This document shows positions 1 to 9,455 of a stretch of DNA of 64,000 nt, piece by piece; within the stretch, counting starts at the first letter, position 1, and every line of letters begins with the position of its first letter. The notes beneath the pieces were generated by a model. That model searched no databases. It was not told the origin of the DNA and was given only the letters and a program-made list of their open reading frames with translations. The position numbers were made by a program, and so were the translations under genes. The stretch comes from Candidatus Eiseniibacteriota bacterium (GTDB lineage Bacteria > Eisenbacteria > RBG-16-71-46), in NCBI GenBank assembly GCA_044222065.1, contig JBGAOA010000004.1:36363-100362 (forward strand), written 5' to 3'.

Positions 1-1
1 G

Positions 2-3000
2 TCCCTCGCTTCGGCGCTCTCGATCGCCGAGATCGTCGCTGCGAGTTCGTCGACCGTTCGTCGCGGTCAAGCCGTCTCGGGCGGCTTCGACTTCGACGGC
101 GACGGCGTCCCGGACGGCGTCGTCGGCCAGCCGCTCGACGACAGCCCGGGGGTGAACTCGGGATCGGCGCTCTGGGGCAAGTACTCGGCGCTCTCTCAAT
201 CGATCGCGTTCACCCTGCTCAATGGCGCCGCCGCGGGCGACAGCCTCGGTTGGTCGGTCGTGATGATGCGCGACTTCAACAACGACGGTTACGCCGACAT
301 CGCCGTCGGCGCGCCGGGCGCAAACAACGCCGCGATCCAGAGCGCGGGCAAGGTGTTCGTGTACTACGGCGGACCCACGGCCGACGGGGTCGCGGACCTG
401 ACGCTGAGCGGCACGCTCGCGGGAGCGAGTTTCGGCTGGGCGCTCGCGAGTGGGGACGTGAACGGAGACGGGGTCAGCGATCTCATCGTCGGAGCACCGG
501 GAGAGGACGCGCTCGGGATCATCTCGGACGCGGGAACGGTCTACGTCTTCCTCGGCAGCTCCTCCCCGAGCATCGCGCCGGCCTTCACGATGAACGGCAC
601 TTCCGCCGGACAACGGATCGGTGACGCACTCGTCTCCGGCGGCGACATCAACCAGGACGGCTTCGACGATCTCGTGATCGGCCGGCCGCTCGCGGACGAC
701 GGCGGCGCGGATTCGGGCGCGCTCGCGGTCCACTACGGCGGAACGAATCTTCCGATCGTGGCGCTCACGATCACCGGCGCCGCGGGCGACCAGCTCGGCG
801 CGTCGCTCGCGCTGCTCGACATGAACGGCGACGGCTACGACGACCTCGCGGTCGGTTCGCCGAACGCCACGACCGGAACGGGACGCGTCACCGTGTACGC
901 GGGCGGCTCCGAGATGAGCGCGACGGCGAGCCTCACGATCGCGGGCGTCGTTGCGAGCGGGAACTTCGGCGCCGCGGTGTGCGGCGGCGACTGGAACGGC
1001 GACGGCTTCGACGACCTCGCCGTGGGCGCGCCCGCCGCGGGACTCCAGACGCACGGTTCGGTGCGCGCCTACTTCGGCGGCGCTGCGTTCAACGGCACGG
1101 TGGACCTGAGCTTCGGCGGCCAGAGCCTGATCTACGCGTTCGGCGCGGCGATCTCGAGCTTCGGCGACATGGACGGTGACGGCCACGACGATCTCGGCGT
1201 GGGCTGCCCGACGAACATCACGACTTCGCAACTCGTGACGTGCTTTCCCTACGCGTTCCGGTTCGTCGAACCGCGCGCAGGCGGAACGCTGTTCGGCGGC
1301 CGCGACGCGACCGTGCGCTGGCAGGGCCGCGACCCGGCCGACCTCGCGCTGTCGCTCGATGGCGGCGCGAGTTGGACGACGCTCGGCGCGAGCATCGGCG
1401 GGCAGGACGAGAACGCGTGGACGTTCACGCCGCCGCTCGTGCCGAGCGAACACGCGCGGCTCAGGCTCACGATCGCGGGGCAGAGCGCGACGCGCGCGAA
1501 CAGCCGCGTGATGGCGGGCGATCTGCGCATCGTGGCGCTGCCCGACGCGCACGCCGTGACGAGCCGCGTGGACCTCGAGTTCGACGGCGCGGCCGGCGCG
1601 CGCAACGGTTTCGGTCTCGCGATCGCCGACGTGAACGGCGACGGCCGCGGAGACCTGTGCGTGGGCGTGCCGAACCCGCCGCCCGGCGCGGTGAGGATCT
1701 ACTTCGGCGCGCAGCACACCGACGGCGTGCCGGACCTGACGCTCACCGGCGTCGGCGGCGGGAACGCGCTCTTCGGCGCGACGATCGCCGACGTCGGCGA
1801 CGTCAACGGCGACGGCTACGGCGACCTGCTCGTCGGCGCGCCCGAGTACACGGGCACGTTCGCGCGCGAAGGGCGCGCGTTCCTGTACTTCGGCGGCCCG
1901 CTCTCCGACGCGACCGCCGACCTCACGATCGCGAACCCGACGCCCGCGGCCGACGACCGCTTCGGCGCCTCGCTCTCCGGCGTCGGCGACTTCAACAACG
2001 ATGGCGGAAACGACTTCGTGATCGGGGCGCCGTTCGACGACGCGAGTTCGGCCGACTGCGGCGTGTTCCAGTTCTACCTGGGCGGCGCGGCGCTGGACGC
2101 CACCTCGGACGGCTTCGACGACGGCGCCGTCGGCGACCGGCTCGGAAGCGCGCTCGCGGGCGTCGGCGACGTGACCGGCGACGGTCTGCCCGACTTCGCG
2201 ATCGGCTCGCCGTTCGCGGACTTCAACGGCGCCGACAGCGGCGAGCTGTTCTTCCAGTCGGGGTCCGTGGCGCTGTCGCTCTTCAATGCGAACGACTTCG
2301 TGTTCGGCGGCTCGCTCGCGGGCGAGCAGCTCGGCTCGGCGCTCGCGACCGGCGACTTCGACGGCGACGGACGCACGGACATCGCGGCACTCGCGGCCGG
2401 CAACCTGCTCGCGCCGCGCGTGTACCTGTGGCTGTCGTACGACGGCGTGATGGAATCGGAGCCCGACGTCGCGCTCACGCCCGCGCTCGGCACGGATCGC
2501 CTGAAGACGCTCGCGGCCGGCGACCTGAACGGCGACGGCGTGGACGACCTCGCGATCGGCGCGATCCAGGATCCCTCGATCGGCACGACGCGCGGACGGG
2601 TCGGCGTGTACTACGGCGGCGGATTGCTGGACGGCGCCGAGGACCTGGACCTCTCGGGCCCCGCGAACGGCGATTCGATGGGGCTCGCGATCGCGGTCGG
2701 CGATCTCGCGGCCGACGGCTTCGCCGACCTGGCGATCGGCATGCCGGGCGTGACGAGCGGCGCGGGCCGCGTGCGCGTGCTCGACTACGGCCGCTACCAC
2801 CTGTCGGCGCCGGCTTCGGGCGTGACGTGGCCCGTCGGCTCGTCGCAGCGCGTCGCGTGGTCGGGCGCGGAGAGTGCCGATCTCGAGCTGTCCGTGGACA
2901 ACGGCGCGACGTGGACGACGCTCGCGAGCGCGGTCGGCGGACGCGACGACAACGAGACGTCGTTGCGCGTGCCGCACCTGCCGACGCGCTTCGCGCGGCT

Positions 3001-3634
3001 GCGCGTCGTGCCGAACGACCGGCTCGTTGGAGGCTTCGATGTGACCGACTCGAGCTTCACGATCCAGACCAGCGTCGCGCTGCTGTCGCTCGCGGCGACA
3101 GCGGGCGAGCAGGGCGTCGAACTCACGTGGCGAAGCGACCCCGCGGTCGGCCCCGAGGGTCTCGCGGGTTATCGCGTGTACCGCATGGACGGCGGTGCGC
3201 TCGGCACGCGGATCGGCTCCGACCTGATCGCCGAGACGCGCTTCGTGGACGCCGCGGGCCGCGCGGGCACGAGCTACCGACTCGCGAGCGTGAACGGCCT
3301 CGGCGAAGAGCTTGAGCTGGGCCGCGTCACGGCCGGCGAACTCGCGGGCCCGCTCGCTGCCTGGCCGACGCCGCTCGTCGCGGGCGACGCGCTGCGCGTG
3401 CGGCTCGCCGCGCCGCTCGCGGCGAACGGGTTCCCGGCGAGCGATCTCGAAGTCGGGCTCTACGACCTGGCGGGCCGCAGGATCGCGCGCTTCGCCGGCT
3501 CGGCGGTCGCCCCGCTCGGCGGTGCGGTGAACCTGGAGTGGCGCGGCGGCGTCGCGCCCGGGCTCTACTTCGTGCGCGCCGCGGCGCCGAGCGCCGGGTA
3601 CCGCGAGGAGCGCCGCGTCGTCGTCGTGAAATAG
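2..3634 (+). CDS. FG-GAP (integrin-alpha-like) repeat secreted protein with C-terminal FlgD-Ig/T9SS-like domain; 5'-truncated by the window edge
   Basis: Many GDxNGDGxxDLxVGAP repeats. Two Asp-box motifs (SLDGGASW, SVDNGATW). C-terminus LYDLAGRRI...PGLYFVRA...RVVVVK. The frame is open from base 2 (FDFDGDGVPD lies upstream of 152). Confidence 0.9.
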   Translation, partial: SLASALSIAEIVAASSSTVRRGQAVSGGFDFDGDGVPDGVVGQPLDDSPGVNSGSALWGKYSALSQSIAFTLLNGAAAGDSLGWSVVMMRDFNNDGYADIAVGAPGANNAAIQSAGKVFVYYGGPTADGVADLTLSGTLAGASFGWALASGDVNGDGVSDLIVGAPGEDALGIISDAGTVYVFLGSSSPSIAPAFTMNGTSAGQRIGDALVSGGDINQDGFDDLVIGRPLADDGGADSGALAVHYGGTNLPIVALTITGAAGDQLGASLALLDMNGDGYDDLAVGSPNATTGTGRVTVYAGGSEMSATASLTIAGVVASGNFGAAVCGGDWNGDGFDDLAVGAPAAGLQTHGSVRAYFGGAAFNGTVDLSFGGQSLIYAFGAAISSFGDMDGDGHDDLGVGCPTNITTSQLVTCFPYAFRFVEPRAGGTLFGGRDATVRWQGRDPADLALSLDGGASWTTLGASIGGQDENAWTFTPPLVPSEHARLRLTIAGQSATRANSRVMAGDLRIVALPDAHAVTSRVDLEFDGAAGARNGFGLAIADVNGDGRGDLCVGVPNPPPGAVRIYFGAQHTDGVPDLTLTGVGGGNALFGATIADVGDVNGDGYGDLLVGAPEYTGTFAREGRAFLYFGGPLSDATADLTIANPTPAADDRFGASLSGVGDFNNDGGNDFVIGAPFDDASSADCGVFQFYLGGAALDATSDGFDDGAVGDRLGSALAGVGDVTGDGLPDFAIGSPFADFNGADSGELFFQSGSVALSLFNANDFVFGGSLAGEQLGSALATGDFDGDGRTDIAALAAGNLLAPRVYLWLSYDGVMESEPDVALTPALGTDRLKTLAAGDLNGDGVDDLAIGAIQDPSIGTTRGRVGVYYGGGLLDGAEDLDLSGPANGDSMGLAIAVGDLAADGFADLAIGMPGVTSGAGRVRVLDYGRYHLSAPASGVTWPVGSSQRVAWSGAESADLELSVDNGATWTTLASAVGGRDDNETSLRVPHLPTRFARLRVVPNDRLVGGFDVTDSSFTIQTSVALLSLAATAGEQGVELTWRSDPAVGPEGLAGYRVYRMDGGALGTRIGSDLIAETRFVDAAGRAGTSYRLASVNGLGEELELGRVTAGELAGPLAAWPTPLVAGDALRVRLAAPLAANGFPASDLEVGLYDLAGRRIARFAGSAVAPLGGAVNLEWRGGVAPGLYFVRAAAPSAGYREERRVVVVK

Positions 3635-3651
3635 CGCCGCCCGCTCGGGGC

Positions 3652-3679
3652 TCAATCCCCGCGCGGAATCGGCCGAAAA
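3652..3679 (+). promoter_or_regulatory. Putative sigma28-type promoter
   Basis: TCAAT-N15-GCCGAAAA, about 70 nt upstream of the lipoprotein ATG. Confidence 0.5.
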
Positions 3680-3750
3680 CTCCCGCGATCCGTCGCGGCG
3701 CCCCGAGGGTCGGGCCGCGTGCCGCGACGGCGAATCGCGGGAGATCGGCG

Positions 3751-4323
3751 ATGAAGCGGATGCGAATTTCGTCACGGCTCGCACTGCTCGCCCTCGCGGC
3801 GGCGCTCGCGAGCGGATGCGGCGCGGGCAGCGGCGCGGGCCTGGAGGCGAGTGCCGCGGAGGCGCGCGCGAAGGCGCAGCGCGACTGGAAGATCCAGGTG
3901 GACTGGGCCGGAGCGAAGACCGACCTCGCGCTCGATCGCATGGACATCTTCCTCGTCGAAGAGGAAGAGAGCGAGCCCGAGATCTTCGAGATCCACGGCG
4001 AAGGCGCGGTGCTCGTCGGCCAGCTGCCGATGGACGTGCACGTCGGCTACGGCGCCGAGTTCGAAAAGCTCGTCGGCAAGACGATCGCGCTCCAGTCGTA
4101 CGGCGGCGATCCGGGGGAGCCGAAGACGTCGTGGGTGAACCTCGGCGGCACGCAGGTGCCGGTGACGGGCGGCAGCCTGACGATCCAGAAGTTCACCGGC
4201 CACTGGGACGGCAGCGAGGGCGACAAGACCTACTGGGGCACGGTCGAGCTGCGCGTGAACGGCGCTTCGGGCGAGCAGACCGTGCGCGGCAAGTTCGCCG
4301 TCAACTGCGTGACGTGGGGATGA
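3751..4323 (+). CDS. Hypothetical lipoprotein
   Basis: MKRMRISSRLALLALAAALASG-C lipobox. GGGAG RBS. Ordinary coding composition. Confidence 0.8.
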   Translation: MKRMRISSRLALLALAAALASGCGAGSGAGLEASAAEARAKAQRDWKIQVDWAGAKTDLALDRMDIFLVEEEESEPEIFEIHGEGAVLVGQLPMDVHVGYGAEFEKLVGKTIALQSYGGDPGEPKTSWVNLGGTQVPVTGGSLTIQKFTGHWDGSEGDKTYWGTVELRVNGASGEQTVRGKFAVNCVTWG

Positions 4324-4371
4324 GCTTCGAGGCGTCGTGAGGCGCGGCGCGCCGGCGACGAGCGAGCGCGC

Positions 4372-4848
4372 CTACGCCGCCTGCTTCCGCTGATACACGA
4401 CGAGCCGGCACGCGACGGGGCCGAGCTTCGCCTCGGCGGCCACGGATTCGTCGTCGCGGCCGACGCTCGCGGCGTTGCGCACGAAGATCGGCAGCCCGAG
4501 CCGGATTGCGCCGTCGCGCGCCGCCATCTTCGACTTCACCTTCCCGGCGAGGATGTTCATCACTTCGCCGACGCCGTCCACGACGTCCGCTTCGCTCAGC
4601 GGCACGTCGGAGCGCACCCCGAGGAATCCGCGCGCGAGCGTGCGGCAGCCGTCGGGCGTCGAGCTGAAGCCGAGGTGCACGGCGTTCGCGTCGCTCAGGA
4701 GCGCGATGAACGCGCCGGGCTCGACCGCGAGTTCGTCGCCCTCGTGGTGTTCGGGGCGGTCGAAGCGGAACGACGACAGCGACACTTCGCTCGCGACCTC
4801 GCGGAACGCCTCGAGCCAGTCTTCGATCGGAATCACCTTCGCGCTCAT
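4372..4848 (-). CDS. cheX: CheX-like chemotaxis phosphatase (alternative in-frame start at 4905)
   Basis: DGVGEVMNILAG (ExxN motif) and LGLP motif. GGAGG RBS. Last gene of the che operon. Confidence 0.7.
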   Translation of the reverse strand: MSAKVIPIEDWLEAFREVASEVSLSSFRFDRPEHHEGDELAVEPGAFIALLSDANAVHLGFSSTPDGCRTLARGFLGVRSDVPLSEADVVDGVGEVMNILAGKVKSKMAARDGAIRLGLPIFVRNAASVGRDDESVAAEAKLGPVACRLVVYQRKQAA

Positions 4849-4901
4849 CGCTTCACCTCCTTCGCGCGCCTTGCGGCGCTTCGGGTCGTCGGTGCGGCGG
4901 C

Positions 4902-5774
4902 TCATGCGGCCTCCGCGAACTTCGGCTGGTAGCCCACCGTGCGGCCGAACGGCACCGCCTCGAACGCGTCGTCGAGCCTGAGCGGCGTCTCGCCGCCGCC
5001 GAGGAACAGCCAGCCGTCGGGCTTGAGGACGCGCCGCAGCTGGCGCAGCACGTCGCGCCGCGTGGCGTCGTCGAAGTACAACAGCACGTTCCGCATCAGC
5101 ACGACGTCCATCGCCGGCAGCGCGGGCCACGGCTGGATCAGGTTCAGCTCGCGGAACTCGACGGCGCGCTTCAGATCGTCGTTCACGCGCCAGTCGGGGC
5201 CGTCCTTTCGGAACCAGCGCACGAGGCAGTGCGCGGGCAGCCCGCGGTTCACCTCGAGCTGGCTGTAGAGCCCTTCGCGCGCGCGGCGCAGCATCGCGTT
5301 CGAGAAGTCGGTCGCGAGGATGCGCACGTTCCAGGCGCCGAGCATCGGGAAGTGCTCGCGCGCGAGCATCGCGACGCTGTAGGGCTCCTGGCCGCTCGCG
5401 CACGCGGCCGACCAGATCGCGAGTTCGCGCTCCTTCGAGCGCCGCGCGATCAGCTCGGGAAGCACGTCGCGCTTCAGCGACTCGAACGGGTGGAGGTCGC
5501 GGAAGAACGACGTCTCGGTGATCGCGAGGCTCTCGACGACGCGGCGGTGGAGCGGCCCCCACGACTCCTCGGTGCGCAGGCTCGCGAGCAGGTCCGAGAC
5601 GCGGTCGAAGCCCTCTTCGACGGCGAGCCAGCCGAGCCGCAGCTCGACGAAGTACTCCTTGCCGGGGTCGATCACGAGTCCGGCGCGCGCGCGCACGAGC
5701 GCGCGCAGCTCGTCGAACTCGGGGCGCGTCACGGCGTGGCGTGGGTCTCGCGGCTTCGGGGCGTCATGCGGCAC
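4902..5774 (-). CDS. cheR: Chemotaxis methyltransferase CheR
   Basis: ITETSFFRD, IWSAACASGQEPYS, ILATD, MRNVLLYFD. Confidence 0.95.
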   Translation of the reverse strand: MPHDAPKPRDPRHAVTRPEFDELRALVRARAGLVIDPGKEYFVELRLGWLAVEEGFDRVSDLLASLRTEESWGPLHRRVVESLAITETSFFRDLHPFESLKRDVLPELIARRSKERELAIWSAACASGQEPYSVAMLAREHFPMLGAWNVRILATDFSNAMLRRAREGLYSQLEVNRGLPAHCLVRWFRKDGPDWRVNDDLKRAVEFRELNLIQPWPALPAMDVVLMRNVLLYFDDATRRDVLRQLRRVLKPDGWLFLGGGETPLRLDDAFEAVPFGRTVGYQPKFAEAA

Positions 5775-6837
5775 GGCGCGACCCTCCGGCGCTCGCGCGC
5801 TCCGCGATCTCGGCCGCGAGTGACTCGGGCGCGAGCGCTGCATCGGCGAGCCCCGCGCGCGCGACGTTGCCCGGCATACCCCACACGACGCTCGTCGCCT
5901 CGTCCTGCACGAGCACGCGGCCGCCGGCCTCGCGCACCGCGCGTGCGCCGTCGAGCCCGTCGCGCCCCATGCCGGTCATCACGACGGCGAGCGCGCCGCC
6001 GCCGAAGGCGTGCGCGAGCGAGCGAAAGAGCGGATCGGCGCTCGGCCGGCACGCGTTCACGGGCGGCGAGTCGTCGAGCGCGAGCCGCCACGCGTCGCCG
6101 CGGCGCGCGAGCACGAGGTGGCGCTCGCCGGGCGCGACCCACACGCGGCCCGCTTCGAGCGGCGCGCCGTCCTCGGCCTCGTCCACGCGCAGGTCGCACT
6201 GCGCGGCGAGACCGTCGGCGAGGTGGCGCGTGAACGTGCGCGGCATGTGCTGCACGACGAGGATCGGCGCGGCGAAATCCGCGGGCAGCTTCGCGAGCAG
6301 CGCGGCGAGCGCGCGCGGGCCGCCGGTGCTCGCGGCGATGCCGACGATCGCGGCGCGAGCGCGCCGCGCGGGCGCGCCGGGCCGTGCGGCCGACGCCGGC
6401 GCCGAGGCCGCGTGCGCGGTCGCCGCGGCGCGCGCCTCGGCGAGCGCCTTGAGCCGCGGCGCGAGTTCCGAGCGCACGTGCGCCGCCGCGCCCTGCGGAT
6501 TCGCGTGCGCGGGCTTCGGCAGGTAGTCGCTCGCGCCGTGCCACAGCGCCTGCAGCGTCGCCTCGGCGCCCATCGTGCTGAACGAGCTGAACACGATCAC
6601 GGGGAGCCGCGGATGGAGTGGGCGCAGCGCCTGCAGGAACTCGTAGCCGTTCATCACCGGCATGTCGAGATCGAGCACGACGACGTCCGGCGGATCGCGC
6701 TTCACCGCGGAGAGCGCGAGCAGTCCGTTCGACGCCTGCGCCGGCGGCGCGAACGCCGGATCGGCGGCGAGCGCCTCGGCGACGAGCCGGCGCAGCGCCG
6801 CGCTGTCGTCCACGAGCAGCACGCGGATCGGCGTCAT
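5764..6837 (-). CDS. cheB: Chemotaxis response regulator methylesterase CheB
   Basis: N-terminal REC domain (VDDS, LDLDMP). ASTGGP, VQHMP, RPSAD, TGMGRDG. Confidence 0.95.
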   Translation of the reverse strand: MTPIRVLLVDDSAALRRLVAEALAADPAFAPPAQASNGLLALSAVKRDPPDVVVLDLDMPVMNGYEFLQALRPLHPRLPVIVFSSFSTMGAEATLQALWHGASDYLPKPAHANPQGAAAHVRSELAPRLKALAEARAAATAHAASAPASAARPGAPARRARAAIVGIAASTGGPRALAALLAKLPADFAAPILVVQHMPRTFTRHLADGLAAQCDLRVDEAEDGAPLEAGRVWVAPGERHLVLARRGDAWRLALDDSPPVNACRPSADPLFRSLAHAFGGGALAVVMTGMGRDGLDGARAVREAGGRVLVQDEATSVVWGMPGNVARAGLADAALAPESLAAEIAERASAGGSRRAA

Positions 6838-6871
6838 GCGGCGCCCGCGGCCCGATGCGCGCGATCGATCG

Positions 6872-7255
6872 TCACGCGGCCTGCTCGCCCGGATCCACGC
6901 CGAGCAGCACGAGCTTCTCGAGCAGGCCCTGCTTGTCGAACGGCTTCATCAGGTACTCGTTCGCTCCGGCCTCGAGCGCGATCACGACCTGCTCCATCTC
7001 GCTCTCGGTCGTGACCATCATCACGGGCACTTCGGCGAACTCGGCCTCGCCACGGATCGTGCGCAGGAACGCGCAGCCGTCCATCTCGGGCATGTTCCAG
7101 TCCACGAGCACGATGTCCACCGAGCGCAGCTTCCGGATCGTGACGAGCGCCTCCATGCCGCTCGCCGCCTCGTGCACTTCGAATCCCAGCTCCTTCAGGA
7201 ACTTGCCGATGATGCTGCGCATCGCGCGCGAATCGTCGATGACGAGCGCTCTCAT
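6872..7255 (-). CDS. cheY: Single-domain response regulator CheY
   Basis: IDDS, VDWNMP, MVTT, YLMKPF. Lies within the che operon. Confidence 0.92.
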   Translation of the reverse strand: MRALVIDDSRAMRSIIGKFLKELGFEVHEAASGMEALVTIRKLRSVDIVLVDWNMPEMDGCAFLRTIRGEAEFAEVPVMMVTTESEMEQVVIALEAGANEYLMKPFDKQGLLEKLVLLGVDPGEQAA

Positions 7256-7282
7256 GTCGGTCCTCCTCGCTCGACGCGCGGC

Positions 7283-8953
7283 TCAGGCGGCCGCGCGCCA
7301 GTGCTCCTCGGCCGCGGCCGGCGCCACGGCGGGTTCCTTGGGCGCGCGCGCGACGCGCGTGCCGGTGTCGGTCGTGAAACGGCGCGTGAGCCGCTGCAGC
7401 TCGGCGGCCATGCCGGCGAGTTCGCCGGCGGCGTTCTGCGTGCGCGCCGAGCCCGCCGCGGTGCTCTTCGCGGCCTGCGCGACGCTCGTGATGCCCTCGC
7501 CGATGTCGGACGCGCCGCGCGCGGCCTCGCTCAGGTTGCGGCCGATCTCGCTCGTCGTCGCGAGCTGCTCGTCCACCGCGCTCGCGATCGAGTTCGAGAT
7601 GTCCTTGATGTGCTGGATCGTCGCGCGGATCTGGTTGACGGCGTTCACCGCCTCGCGCGTGTCGGTCTGGATGGACTGGATCACGACCCGGATCTCTTCG
7701 GTCGCCTGCGCCGTGCTGCGCGCGAGGTCCTTCACTTCGTGGGCGACGACGCTGAAGCCCTTGCCGGCGTCGCCGGCGCGCGCCGCCTCGATCGTGGCGT
7801 TCAAGGCGAGCAGGTTCGTCTGCTCGGCGATCTTGCTGATCAGGTGCACGACGTTGCCGATCGCCATGCCGCTCTGGCCGAGCCGCGCGATCGTCGTGCT
7901 CGCGGTCTGCACTTCGCCCGCGGCCCCCGAGGCGACGCGCGCCGCCTCGTTCGTGTTCTTCGAGATCTCCTGCACGCTCGCGTTCATTTGCTCGACCGCG
8001 ACCGCGACCGTCGCGACGCTGCGGCTCACCTCGTTCGCGCTCGACGCCACGGAGCCCGCCTGGTGCGACGCCTCTTCGGCCGTCGCGGACAGTTCGTAGC
8101 TCACGTTCGACAGGTCCTCGGACGCATCGGCGAGCGTGGACGCCTTGTTCGTCAGGTGGCTCACGACGCCGTGCAGCGACTCGCGCATGCGGTCGAGCGA
8201 TTTCGAGAGTTCGGCGACCTCGTCGCCGCCCGGCACCGAGGCGACGCGCGTGAGGTCGCCCGCGGCCATCGCCTCGGCGCCGCTCTGGAGCGCGGTGAGC
8301 GAGGTGCGGATGCGGCGCGCGAACGCGAGTCCGGCGCCGAGCGTCACGCCGCCGACGAGGAACCACATCAACGTGAGGAGCCCCGTGCGCTGCCGCAGCG
8401 TCGCGAGCGCCGCCGACTCCATGCGCGCGTGCTCGGCGCGCGCGAGCCGCGTCGCTTCGACGGCCGCTTCGCGGTGGCGCGCGTAGGCGAGCCGCAGCGG
8501 CCCGCGCACGAGCGCCTCGACCTTCGCGGCATCGCCCTTCTCGGCCGCGGGCAGCACCTCGTCCCGCAGCAGGCGCGAGAGGCGGTCGGCGCTCGGCATG
8601 AACCGCTTCGCGACCTGCGTGCGGAGCGCGCCGGGCGGAAGACCCGTCTCCCACGTCGAGCGGTGCTCGTCGAACTCGTCGAGCCGCTGGTGCAGTTCGT
8701 CCACGAGCGCCTCGCTTCGCGGAGTGGCGCACTCCCAGGCGAGCGACTGCGCGACGACGCACGCCTCGACGAGGTAGAGCGGCGTCGGCACGACGTCGGC
8801 GACGAACGACTCGGACGCCGTGATGCGTTCGTACGTCTCGCCGCCGATGGACGTGTCGCGCAGCGTGAGGAACGCCGTCAGGCCGCAGGCCGCGAGGCCG
8901 AGCGACGACAGCAGGATCAGGCCGGTGAGCCGGCGCTGGAGGGTGACGTTCAC
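7283..8953 (-). CDS. Methyl-accepting chemotaxis protein (2 TM, HAMP, signalling domain)
   Basis: [37 protein letters not shown] hairpin tip. GTG start with GGAGAG RBS. Confidence 0.95.
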   Translation of the reverse strand: MNVTLQRRLTGLILLSSLGLAACGLTAFLTLRDTSIGGETYERITASESFVADVVPTPLYLVEACVVAQSLAWECATPRSEALVDELHQRLDEFDEHRSTWETGLPPGALRTQVAKRFMPSADRLSRLLRDEVLPAAEKGDAAKVEALVRGPLRLAYARHREAAVEATRLARAEHARMESAALATLRQRTGLLTLMWFLVGGVTLGAGLAFARRIRTSLTALQSGAEAMAAGDLTRVASVPGGDEVAELSKSLDRMRESLHGVVSHLTNKASTLADASEDLSNVSYELSATAEEASHQAGSVASSANEVSRSVATVAVAVEQMNASVQEISKNTNEAARVASGAAGEVQTASTTIARLGQSGMAIGNVVHLISKIAEQTNLLALNATIEAARAGDAGKGFSVVAHEVKDLARSTAQATEEIRVVIQSIQTDTREAVNAVNQIRATIQHIKDISNSIASAVDEQLATTSEIGRNLSEAARGASDIGEGITSVAQAAKSTAAGSARTQNAAGELAGMAAELQRLTRRFTTDTGTRVARAPKEPAVAPAAAEEHWRAAA

Positions 8954-9023
8954 GAGAACCTCTCCGGTGCGAGGGAGCGGGACGAGATCCCGGGGTGCGA
9001 GGGAACAAAGGGCGCGCGGACGG

Positions 9024-9455
9024 TCACGGCAGCGCCTCCGCGAGCAGACGATCGAGATCGAGCGCGAGCAGCAGTTCGCGCTCGAGCAGCGCGACGCCGC
9101 GCACGCGGCCGCGCAGGTGCTGGGGCACCGACGCGGGGCAGGGCTCGAGCGGCGCCTCGCCGGCATCGAACACGTCCTCCGCCGCGTCCACGACGAGCGT
9201 GAGCGCTTCCTCGCCGTGGCGGACGACGAGATGCGTGCGCTCGCCGTCGCCTTCGGCGTCGTCGAGTCCGAACACGCGGCGCAGGCTCACGGCCATGAGG
9301 ATCTCGCCGCGCAGGTTCAGCAGCCCGAGCACGCTCGCGGGCGCGAGCGGCACGGGCGTGACGTCGGCGGCGGTCACGACCTCGACCACGCGCTCGACCG
9401 GCACGCCGTAGCGGTTCGCGCCGACGCGGAACGTGCACAACGCGCCGGCGGTCAC
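9024..9455 (-). CDS. cheW: Chemotaxis coupling protein CheW
   Basis: CTFRVG...VTPVPLAP...GLLNLRGEI...LDLDRLL. GTGA overlap with the cheA stop. Confidence 0.92.
   Translation of the reverse strand: MTAGALCTFRVGANRYGVPVERVVEVVTAADVTPVPLAPASVLGLLNLRGEILMAVSLRRVFGLDDAEGDGERTHLVVRHGEEALTLVVDAAEDVFDAGEAPLEPCPASVPQHLRGRVRGVALLERELLLALDLDRLLAEALP

Noticed and set aside
4312..4323. Lipoprotein ending in TWG as another TWG-tail protein
   Set aside because: It lacks the following xxKxLYR part, so it is probably coincidental.
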